This document shows positions 19,563-29,521 of a stretch of 64,000 bases of DNA, one piece after another. Made by a program: the position numbers and the translations under genes. The notes under the pieces were generated by a model. It saw only the letters and a list, made by a program, of their open reading frames with translations. It was not told where the DNA came from and did no database searches. Within the stretch, counting starts at the first letter, position 1, and every line of letters starts with the position of its first letter. Source of the stretch: Azolla caroliniana (taxonomy: Eukaryota; Plantae; Polypodiophyta); assembly GCA_043228905.1 (NCBI GenBank), contig JBHGNT010000018.1, forward strand, positions 1,488,001 through 1,552,000, given 5' to 3'.

Positions 19563-22500
19563 TGTCATACCAGTCTGATCCGCTTCCAGCATGCATCCAG
19601 CTTGTCGACTGCCACGAGACAGCTCCCCCTGCATATGTCATTACATACCCGGATGTAGATCGGCTGGTATCCACATCAGCCGACATTTCCGAGTCGGTGA
19701 AACCGTCAAGTTCAGGTCTTCCGGAGCCGAATCGGAGACACATATTTGAAGTGCCCTTCAAATACCGGAGTATCCATTTGACAGCGTTCCAGTGCTCCTT
19801 GCCGGGATTGCTCATAAACCGGCTCACCACTCCGACTGCGTATCCTATATCCGGTCGGGTACACCTCATTGCGTACATCAAGCTCCCAACGGCAAAGGCA
19901 TATGGAATCTTCATCATATCCGCCTTCTCTGCTTTCGTCTTCGGGCTTTGCTTACCAGATAGCCTGCAGTTTGCCGGAAGTGTCCCATCCAACCGGTTTC
20001 GCTTCTGACATGTTGAACCGGTGAAGCACCTTTGTCACGTACTTCTCCTGTGCCAACCATAATTGCTTCTTTGACCGGTCCCGAATGATGTGCATCCCCA
20101 ACATCTGTCTTGCCGGACCCAAGTCTTTCATTGAGAAGGTCTGGTTGAGGGTCTTCTTCAGCATCCTTATTTTGACTTGGTCTCGTCCGATGATCAACAT
20201 GTCATCCATGTACAGAAGGAGTATCAGGAAGTCGCCTCCTTCGAACTTCTTCACAAACACGCAGTGATCGGCCTGCGTCTTGTGGTACCCTTGATCGGTC
20301 ATGAAGGAGTCGAACTTCCGGTACCATTGCCGGGGAGTCTGCTTTAGTCCGTACAGGCTCTTCTTCAGCCGGCATACCAGGTGCTCCTTCCCTTTCTCCA
20401 CAAATCCCTCCGGTTGTTGCATGTAGATCTCCTCTTCGAGGTCGCCGTGAAGGAATGTCGTCTTCACGTCCAGCTGTTCTACCTCGAGGTCCATGGTTGC
20501 CGCTATACTCAGCACCGTCCGGATGGAGGTCATCTTTACTACCGGGGCAAATATCTCGTCGAAGTCCACGCCCTTCTTCTGCTGGAACCCCTTCACCACG
20601 ATCCTGGCTTTGTATCTCGGGGGGTTGCCGGCATCTCCTTGTTTCAACTTGTACACCCACTTGTTACGGAGTGCCTGCTTTCCTTTCGGCAACTCCACCA
20701 ATTCGTACGTATGGTTCTCATGCAAGGAATCCATCTCGTCCTGCATGGCACTTAACCATTTGCGGCTGTGGGTGTCATCCTTCGCTTCTTCGAAGCTTTC
20801 CGGCTCCCCCTCATCGGTCAGCAGAACATGCTCTGCATCCGGAAATCTCCAGGGGGCCCTTCTCTCTCTGAGAGGATATCTCCGTCTTCGGGCTTCGGTA
20901 ACCGGCTCCTGCACTTGCTCTTCATCCTAATCCGATTCGGGGTCTTGGCCGGTTCCGGTTTCAGCTTCCACTACTTCTTCAGCCTGTTCGGTATCCTCAC
21001 TGTAACCGGCTGGTCCCTCGAGTGCTAACCGGTCTCTTGCCGGTTAGGTCTGCTCATCGTAGAGTCGATCCTTACCGGTCAACTCGGAGTTCATTATCTT
21101 CTTCTCCGACTCCCAGTCGGCGAGCGTCTTGTCCTCAATGAAGATAATATCTCGACTCCGGAATACCTTCTTGTCGACCAAGTCCCACACTCGGTAGGCG
21201 AACTCATCGTCACCGTAACCGAGGAATATGCATGGCCGGGTCTTTGGATCTAACTTCCCTCTCCGGTCCTTAGCTACATGCACGTACGCGAGACACCCGA
21301 ACACCTTCAGATGCCGGTAGGACACTTCCTTACCGGTCCATACTCTCTGTGGCGTGTCTCCGTCCAAGGGTACTAAGGGTGATCTGTTTATCACATATGT
21401 CATCGTCGACAGTGCCTCAGCCCAAAACTTCTTGGGTAGTTTTGCATGCGCTAGCATACTCCGGACCCTCTCCATTATTGTCCGGTTCATCCTCTCGACC
21501 AGTCCGTTTAGTTCCGGTGTCTTCGGCACGGTAAATTCGAGTCGGATTCCCTTCGAGCGGCAGTACTCCTCGAACTGCCCCCGGTATTCTCCTCCGTTAT
21601 CTGCTCGAACCGCCTTCAACTTCCGGCCGGTTTCTCTTTCCACTCTCGCGTGGAGCTCTTTGAAGACGGATAGCACCTGATCCTTCGTCTTCAGCGGTGT
21701 GGCCTACAGCTTCCAGCTGTGGTCATCTATGAACTTCACGAAGTACTGCGCTCCGGCATGTGACTTCGTGTCTACTTGACACACATCCGTATGCACCAAC
21801 TCCAGTGGTGCATTACGTCTCATCGGTGGCCTTGGTCGGAAGGAGGTCCGGTTTTGCTTACCGGCCAGACAATCAGTGCACTTCTCCAAGTGCACGTTCT
21901 TCACTGGAATGAGGTTGTCGTCTGCAAGCCTCTTCATCCCCTTCTCGCTCATATGACACAGTCTCTTGTGGCACAGCTCACCGGCAGTGTCGGATGCCAG
22001 GTTCACTTCTTCCGGACATAACCGGGCATTCATTAGGTACAGTGTGTTGACCTTCCGGGCCCTAGCCACAATCAAGCTCCCTTTGCTGAACTTCATGACA
22101 CCGTTCCGGATGCTGCCCGTGTAGCCTTCATCATCTAGCCGACCGGCTGATATCAGTTTCAGACGAACCTCCGGAACGTGTCAGACATCCTTCAACAGCA
22201 ACTTGCATCCGGTTGGTGTTGAGAGCCACACGTCTCCTATGCGGACACAGCCATGATCACCGGCTGAGTAGGATGAGAAGCATTTCCGGTCCGGGGTAAG
22301 GTGGAACGATGCTCCGGAGTCTACCACCCAGGTCATCTTGTCGCCGGCAAGGTTTATCTCACTCTCCTCGGTGATGAGTATCAACTCTTCTTCACTTGCC
22401 GCGATTGCCGTCGTTCCCTTCCGGTCCAGTCCCCTCCGGTCTTTACCGTTCCAGTCCGGGGTCCGCTTCGAATCGGTACCGTCGGTTTCCTTGTCTTTAC

Positions 22501-23245
22501 GGAAATGCCGACAGTTCTTTTGGAAGTGTCCCGGCTTGCCGCAATAGAAGCAAGTGGGCCTCCCCCTTGACTTTGACCGTGTCCCCGACTTCTCCCGGTT
22601 CTAGGGACTACGGTTTCTATGTCTTCCGCGTTTCGATTCGGTAAGGAGCGCTTTGGAGTCGGAGCTCGTATCTTTATCTTTCCGACGCATCTCCTCATCT
22701 AGCAAGCTCGACTTTACTCTTGCTAGGGATAACCGCTTTCCTTCCGGCCTGGCATTGCCCAAAGTGACAACCAACGTCTCCCAGCTATCCGGGAGGGAAC
22801 CGAGCAGGAGTAACGCTAGTACCTCATCGGCGAGAGGTACTTCCAATGAAGTTGCCTGGTGGATCAGCCCCTGGAAGGCATTCATGTGCTCCGCCATGCT
22901 GGAGCCATCTTGGTACCAGAGTCTTACTAGCTTTCAGAATACCGAAACCTTATTAACAACATTTTCGTTTTGAAACATTATGCCGATCTTCTCCCAGAGC
23001 TCATGAGCCTTGCTCTCTTCATTGAAGTTGTTGTACACGCTCATGTCGATGAAGCACCGTATGTACGCCGTTGTCTTCATGTGCATCACCTCCCATATCG
23101 CAGCGTCGATTTTGTCAGGTCTCTTGTCCCCGAACTGAACCGGCAGCCAGAGGTCTTTAACCATGAGCATGTCCCTCATCTTCGACTTCCACACTGAATA
23201 GTTGGAGCCGGTGAGCTTGAACATCCCGCCAAGCGATTCGTCCAT
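19563..23245 (-). pseudogene. Copia E gag-pol with frameshifts and a deleted RNase H
   Basis: Motifs KLTGSNYSVW, WVVDSGASFH, HMSEKG, VRADNGGEY, YKARIVVKG, LYMDDM and VSWQS, followed almost immediately by the end of the element. Confidence 0.9.
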
Positions 23246-23736
23246 TTTCTGTGTTGTTTCGCTCTGATACCACTTGACGGGAACTCAACGCTCCTTATGC
23301 ACAACGCTCGGCCACAACCGAGCTTAGAATCATACACAGAAAAAACAGGAAACGGAAAACACGCGACACAAAGGAGAGAAGAGTACACAGGATGTTTACG
23401 TGGAAAACCCAAACTAGGGAAAAAACCACGGCAGCCCACAGGCTGCAAACTATCACTATGCTAGAATGTACAACAGTGAGTTCACAGAGGCAACGACCTC
23501 GTGCTCACGATCTTCGCCACAGGCGGCGGTTACAGCAGAGGCAACGACCTCGTTCTCTCTCTCTCTCTCTCTCTGTACACTGTTACGCGCTCTCTCTTCT
23601 TTCACCAACAAGAAAATGACAACAACACAGTAACTAAAAGTTTGCCCTAAGTCATATTTATACTAATATGACTTTTCGGCTATTTACAAATATAGCCTCG
23701 ATGGACTCTCAGAAACATATTTACGAATATGTCTCT

Positions 23737-24085
23737 TCATCCGGTTCTCACCGGATCTGCACCATCCGGCTCTCCGTAGCCGGGTACTCCTCATCCGGAT
23801 CTCACCGGGTCTGCACCATCCGGCTCTCTGTAGCCGGGTACTCGTCATCCGGTTCTCACCGGGTCAGCGTCATCCGGCTCTCCGTGGCCGGGTACTCCTC
23901 ATCCGATTCTCACCGGGTCTGCGTCATCCGGCTCTCCGTAGCCGGGTACTCCTCATCCGGATCTCACCGGGTCTGCACCATCCGGCTCTCCGTAGCCGGG
24001 TACTCCTCATCCGGTTCTCACCGGGTCTGCATCATCCGGCTCTCCCTAGCCGGGTACTCCTCATCCGGTTCTCACCGGGTCTGTC
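23737..24085. repeat. 54-bp tandem array in the E LTR (also 13750-13858 and 19296-19480)
   Basis: Unit TCATCCGGTTCTCACCGGGTCTGCACCATCCGGCTCTCCGTAGCCGGGTACTCC, about 6.5 copies in this LTR. Confidence 0.92.
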
Positions 24086-24088
24086 TGA

Positions 24089-24173
24089 TGTTGGAAGCAA
24101 TGTCGTCTGTGCGGAAGATCTTGAAGCACTCGATTCCTGTTTATTCCCTGTGTATGACAGAATGTAGGTCGTT

Positions 24174-24210
<37 letters not shown>

Positions 24211-27200
24211 CACAAAAGACTTTCTATTACACAAAGCAACAATACAACAGCCAACCTCACAAAGAGGTTACAAGGTCACTATATATAGTGACCGACTTAG
24301 GGCAACTACCCTTTATGATAATTTCATAAATGGCCAAAACGGAATAGTGTGAATACGTCCATTATACACATGTATTCGACACTCCCCCGTAATGGGCGTA
24401 TACATGGGTTATCTAAGATTACAGGTATAGACTTAGGTTCTCGGACATATCAGCTTTGTTCAAGTCGGCAGGGTCCGAAGGCAGAAGACCGAACTGGTCG
24501 GGTCGGAACAGTTGAAGCCGATCATTAAGGAACTGACGTCGGTTGTCGGGAACCATCCTGCTCTGTGTCCGGCTCTAACCGGACTGGTTTGTCGTTACGC
24601 CCATCTGATGCCGAAGAGACCGAAAGCGGTCTGCCGAAAGACATTTGGTCATTCCATCTGCGACATTGTCGGTTGTGGATATTTTCTCTAGACCGATTTT
24701 CCCTGAAATGACGCAGTCCCGAACGAAGTGATATCGAACGTCGATATGCTTGGAGGCGTTGTGGTGAACCGGATTTTTCGACAAGGCAACAGCACCTTGA
24801 CTGTCGCTGTAGACAACTGGAGCCGAGTCTTGTTCGACTTGTCGAAACGTGTGCGCCAGCCGACCGAGCCACAAAGCTTCTTTTGCTGCGTCGGACGCGG
24901 CTACATATTCTGCTTCGGTCGTTGAGGTCGCTGTGCACTCCTGAAGTTTCGACTTCCACGAGATTGCTCCATTGCCGAATTTGAAGCAGTATCCGGTTGT
25001 TGATTTCCGACTGTCTATACAGCCGGCGAAGTCCGAGTCGGTGTAACCGACTACGCCTGAGGTTCGGTTCGGACCGAAAAGAATGCCATGGTCTTTTGTG
25101 CCAACCAGATATCTGAACACATGCTTGACTGCGTTCCAATGCGATCGGCCAGGGTTGTGCATAAATCTGCTAACGACTCCTACGGCATGAGAAATATCAG
25201 GCCGTGTCGCGACCATCAGGTACATAAGGGAGCCGACTGCCGGTGCATACGGTACCGACTTCATATCTTCCCCCTCCGGGCCGGATGTCGGGCAGTCTCG
25301 CTGAGAGAGCCGAAGATTCATTGGGAGCGGGGTTGAAGCAGATTTGGCTGATTGCATGTTGAAGCGTTCCAAGACACGTCCGATATAGTCGGTCTGAGAC
25401 AAAAAAAGATGTCGTTTATCGCGATGCCGACTGATCTTCATGCCAAGGATGTGTCGTGCCGGACCGAGGTCCTTCATGGCAAACTTCAACCGCAGTTGCC
25501 GAACGAGATCGGCAAGTTCGCCTGCGTGGCGTCCAGAAATTAGCATGTCGTCCACGTAAATGATGAGGAAGATGGGTGAACCATCTTGAGCTGTGTTGGT
25601 GAAGAGACAATGGTCCTCATCGCTTTTGGAGAAGCCGATCGATTGGATGAAGTCGTCGAACTTCTTGTACCATTGTCGCGGTGCCTGTTTGAGGCCGTAT
25701 AGACTCTTCCTGAGTCGGCAGACTAGATGTTCTTGGCCGGTGGCCACGAAGCCTTTGGGCTGCTCCATATAAATTTCCTCCTCGAGATCACCATGGAGGA
25801 AGGCTGTTTTGACATCTAGCTGAATCAGCTCCAAGTTGTCGGCTGCCACGACGCCGAGCAGAAAACGAAGGGTTGTCATTTTCACCACTGGTGAAAAAAT
25901 CTCGTCGAAGTCGACGCCATATTCTTGTCGAAAGCCCTTCGCAACTAATCTGGCCTTGTACTTTGGGGTGGTCGAATCAGACATCTCTTTGAGTCGATAA
26001 ACCCACTTGCAAGGAAGAGCACGTCGGTTCCTAGGTAATTCGACCAGATCCCAAGTCTTGTTTGCCCGAATGGAGTGCATTTCCGACTCCATCGCCAGAT
26101 GCCATGTGGCTGAATCGACAGATGTCGATGCTTCTTCGTAAGACGTCGGTTCGCCGGCGTCGGTGAAGAAAATTCCAGGAGAGTACCTCTCCGGAGGTTG
26201 CGACAGTCTCTCGGATCGTCGAGGCATGATTGGACTGGTCGCATCGGGTATCGTGGTCGGATGGTCCGAAAGCGGATTGGTCTGCTGTGCCGAGTCGGAG
26301 TTGTCCGAGTCGGTAGTGTAAGGTTCAGCTACCCGTGGAGCTGACCGTGTGTTGAGAGCGGGGCCTTCTTGAAGGGTCGGCACATCGGAAAATGTTACCC
26401 TTCGGACTTCGATCGGTTTTTCGACTGATGGATTCATAGCCGACTCGTTGAACACAACGTCCGAACTTCGAACGATTTGTCTGCGTTCGGGGTCCCAGAG
26501 TCGGTATCCCATTTCGCCGTCGGATCCATATCCAAGGAAAATGCATTTCCTGGACCGAGGTGCAAGTTTTCGGCGATCATCTTTCGGAATGAGGGCGTAC
26601 GCCTCGCATCCGAAGATCCTCAGCTTGTCGTAATTCGGCTTGCTGCCGATCCATAGTTCCTGAGGAATTTGAAGTCCTAGAGGTCTACTTGGCGACATAT
26701 TGATTATGTGTACTGCCGTTAGTAAAGCCTCTGCCCAGAAGCCATCCGACAGTCCGGAGTGTTGGAGCATGGAAACTATCCTTTCTTGGATTGTCCGATT
26801 CATTCGTTCGGCAATCCCGTTTTGCTCCGGACTGTGTGGTGCCGTAAGTTCACGTCGGATGCCGCGTTGTCGGCAGAATTTGACGAATTCTTCGGATTTG
26901 AACTCTCCCCCATTGTCTGTCCGAAGGCATTTCAGCTTTCGGTCGGTTTGATTTTCCACCATAGCGAGCCAATCTGAAAAGATCGAGAAGACACGATCTT
27001 TGGTGCGAATTGGATACGCCCACACCTTTCGAGTCGAGTCGTCAATGAAAGTGACGAAGTAAGATGCACCGCCAAGAGACTGATGCGGCATTGGGCCGCA
27101 GACGTCCGAGTGGATCAAATCGAGAGGTCTTGTTTCTCTTGGTGCTGATGTCGGGTGTGATGCGGCTGCTTGTTTGCCATACTGGCAATGCTCGCAGAAT

Positions 27201-29252
27201 TGATGGTCGGAGAAGGAGAGTTTGGGGATGTATCCGGCTCTAGATAGATGCGTGATGCCGGCCTTGCTGAGGTGTCCTAATCTTCGGTGCCATAGTGATG
27301 ACACAGGAATATCCACCAAGAACAGGTTACCCTCTCTGAGTGTAACATGTAACGGATACAGTGAGTGTATCTTGGGTCCTCTAGCAAGCAGGAGGTTCCC
27401 CCTGTGGAGTGTCCACCCTCCCGAAGAAAAACCGGCACGAATGCCGTCTTCATCTAGTTGTCCGACTGAGATCAATGGCCTTGAGAGCTCGGGTACATGT
27501 CGGACATTGTGGAGTACAAGTGTAGAGCCACCTGCAAGGTTGAGCTCTACTGTGCCGATTCCGATGATGTCACAGTGTTGCGAGTTACCGACCCGAACTG
27601 AGTCGGAGTGACGGATCGTGTATTGCCGAAATTGGGATCGATGAGGAGTCACGTGAAATGACGCGCCCGAATCTAAGAGCCATGTGCTCGATTCTTCAGT
27701 CGTGAGTAGAACTTCTGATCCGACTGGATTTTCGATTGATAGTATGTTCGGGTCTTCTGGTAGCACATCAGCTGAGAAGCTGACGTAGTTGATCTCCTCA
27801 TGCCGGCCACTCTTCTTGTTGTTCTTGTTCTTGAGTGCGCGGCAGTCGGCTTTGATGTGTCCGGGTTTCTTGCAATAGTTGCAGATTCGGTTGTCCCGTG
27901 ACTGGCTCCGTCTTCGCTGATTGTTCGGCGGTCGTGAGGAATCTCTTCCTCGTATGTTCGATCGGTCTGTCGAACCTTGTACTACGTAAGCGTCGTCTGT
28001 TGAGTCTTTGGCGAAAGACTTTCTCCGAGCTGCTTCGGTCAGGATTGCGCTCGTGACTTCGGAGTATTTAACAGCCGTGGTTGACGCGTTGCACACGGTT
28101 GTGACGAAAGTTTCCCATGATGGGGGAAGGCTGCTCATGAGTATCATTGCTCTGAGTTCATCCTCGATTGCCGTCCCCTGTGACGAGATTTGGGAGCTTA
28201 TGCTTTCGTACTCATTGAGGTGTGCTTGGACCGAGTCGGATTCTTTCATCCGCAAGTTGTAGAGGCGCCGGATCAGAAACATCTTCGTTGCGGCGACCTT
28301 CTTTTCGTAAGTGTCCGACAGTGTTTTCCACAGTTCGAATGCTGTCGTACACGATTGCACCGTGAAGTATACCGATTCCGATAGGTGCATCCGAATCGTG
28401 GCGCGGACGATTCTGTCCAGCTTCTGCCACTCAATTGGTTTGTATCCTTCTGGAGGTTCTTCATGTTCGATGGGGTCGATTTGCCCCTTGACTATGAGAT
28501 AGTCCTGCATTTGTTCCTTCCAGAAGTTGAAGTTCGATCCATCGAACTTTCGTAGACTCATTTCTGACGAGCCTGATGTTGATGCCATCAAATTTGGTTT
28601 CGGTTGACGAAGCTCGGTTCAGAGTTGACTGCGAACCTTGTTGGAGTGCAGCCGGTTGGCTCACCCGATATCGTTCTAGTCGGATTTGAACCCGAGTCGG
28701 TTCGGCTTCGGAACTTGCTCGAATTGACTCCGGTAACTTGAGGGACAGAGCCGACTGGTCTTCCCGAATGTTGCCGAGTCGGAGTGAGCCCGGTTCGCTT
28801 CGGATATATGTGCCGAATACCGATTATTGAAACCGATTATCTGAACCGATTTTGCTTCGGTTGACTGCAGCGACGAGAGAGACGGATCCGACTGATCCTC
28901 CCGAATGTCGATCAGCCAGATGAAGCACGAATTTGGGTTGTTGTCAAAGTTGCACAAGGGGATTTCACCTCGAGCGGTTACGATCACAAGGGACAGAGTA
29001 CGACCTGCTGGCTTACTCCAAGCAAGAGGATCTAACGCAATGAGATGCAAACCTGGTTTTTTTTTTTTCTTCTTCTCTCTTCTTCGAATGACGCAGGAAA
29101 CCGAATGCAGAGACGACGGCCGACAGCGGATTGAAGGACCGACTACTGTGCAGGCTCTGATACCAGATGTTGGAAGCAATGTCGTCTGTGCGGAAGATCT
29201 TGAAGCACTCGATTCCTGTTTATTCCCTGTGTATGACAGAATGTAGGTCGTT

Positions 29253-29289
<37 letters not shown>

Positions 29290-29461
29290 CACAAAAGAGT
29301 CTTTATTCCATAAAGCAAATAATACAACAGCCAACCTCACAAAGAGGTTACAAGGTCACTATATATAGTGACCGACTTAGGGCAACTACCCTTTATGATA
29401 ATTTCATAAATGGCCAAAACGGAATAGTGTGAATACGTCCATTATACACATGTATTCGACA
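24089..29461 (-). mobile_element. Intact Ty1/copia element F2
   Basis: LTRs 24089-24381 and 29168-29461. Met PBS and PPT present. TSD CTGTC (24081-24085 / 29462-29466) with 3 extra nt at the left junction. Confidence 0.96.
24575..28588 (-). CDS. Copia F2 Gag-Pol polyprotein
   Basis: Uninterrupted ORF colinear with F1, with about two dozen aa differences counted by eye. Confidence 0.97.
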   Translation of the reverse strand: MASTSGSSEMSLRKFDGSNFNFWKEQMQDYLIVKGQIDPIEHEEPPEGYKPIEWQKLDRIVRATIRMHLSESVYFTVQSCTTAFELWKTLSDTYEKKVAATKMFLIRRLYNLRMKESDSVQAHLNEYESISSQISSQGTAIEDELRAMILMSSLPPSWETFVTTVCNASTTAVKYSEVTSAILTEAARRKSFAKDSTDDAYVVQGSTDRSNIRGRDSSRPPNNQRRRSQSRDNRICNYCKKPGHIKADCRALKNKNNKKSGRHEEINYVSFSADVLPEDPNILSIENPVGSEVLLTTEESSTWLLDSGASFHVTPHRSQFRQYTIRHSDSVRVGNSQHCDIIGIGTVELNLAGGSTLVLHNVRHVPELSRPLISVGQLDEDGIRAGFSSGGWTLHRGNLLLARGPKIHSLYPLHVTLREGNLFLVDIPVSSLWHRRLGHLSKAGITHLSRAGYIPKLSFSDHQFCEHCQYGKQAAASHPTSAPRETRPLDLIHSDVCGPMPHQSLGGASYFVTFIDDSTRKVWAYPIRTKDRVFSIFSDWLAMVENQTDRKLKCLRTDNGGEFKSEEFVKFCRQRGIRRELTAPHSPEQNGIAERMNRTIQERIVSMLQHSGLSDGFWAEALLTAVHIINMSPSRPLGLQIPQELWIGSKPNYDKLRIFGCEAYALIPKDDRRKLAPRSRKCIFLGYGSDGEMGYRLWDPERRQIVRSSDVVFNESAMNPSVEKPIEVRRVTFSDVPTLQEGPALNTRSAPRVAEPYTTDSDNSDSAQQTNPLSDHPTTIPDATSPIMPRRSERLSQPPERYSPGIFFTDAGEPTSYEEASTSVDSATWHLAMESEMHSIRANKTWDLVELPRNRRALPCKWVYRLKEMSDSTTPKYKARLVAKGFRQEYGVDFDEIFSPVVKMTTLRFLLGVVAADNLELIQLDVKTAFLHGDLEEEIYMEQPKGFVATGQEHLVCRLRKSLYGLKQAPRQWYKKFDDFIQSIGFSKSDEDHCLFTNTAQDGSPIFLIIYVDDMLISGRHAGELADLVRQLRLKFAMKDLGPARHILGMKISRHRDKRHLFLSQTDYIGRVLERFNMQSAKSASTPLPMNLRLSQRDCPTSGPEGEDMKSVPYAPAVGSLMYLMVATRPDISHAVGVVSRFMHNPGRSHWNAVKHVFRYLVGTKDHGILFGPNRTSGVVGYTDSDFAGCIDSRKSTTGYCFKFGNGAISWKSKLQECTATSTTEAEYVAASDAAKEALWLGRLAHTFRQVEQDSAPVVYSDSQGAVALSKNPVHHNASKHIDVRYHFVRDCVISGKIGLEKISTTDNVADGMTKCLSADRFRSLRHQMGVTTNQSG

Positions 29462-29521
29462 CTGTCATCGGCACTGTTCTTCTCTCTTCCCATCCGAAGG
29501 GACCTGTCTCCCAACACTTCT

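Larger units (their letters stand above)
13293..29516 (-). mobile_element. Ty1/copia element E (Tnt1-like, degenerate); both LTRs interrupted by Copia F
   Basis: LTRs 13293-19536 and 23275-29516. PBS TGGTATCAGAGC (23261-23272), PPT at 19537-19547, TSD CTTCT (13288-13292 / 29517-29521). Confidence 0.93.

Noticed and set aside
23737-24085. Regular 54-bp and 48-bp (34583-35200) arrays as possible CRISPR arrays
   Set aside because: They are head-to-tail tandem units with no unique spacers, there are no cas genes, and the context is eukaryotic retroelements.
14488-28664. Numerous short antisense and overlapping ORFs over the Copia pol genes
   Set aside because: Shadow ORFs of GC-rich coding sequence with no independent motifs.
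13293-29516. F1 and F2 as one insertion copied into both E LTRs, or as a segmental duplication
   Set aside because: They have different insertion points, TSDs, U5 sequences and many substitutions.
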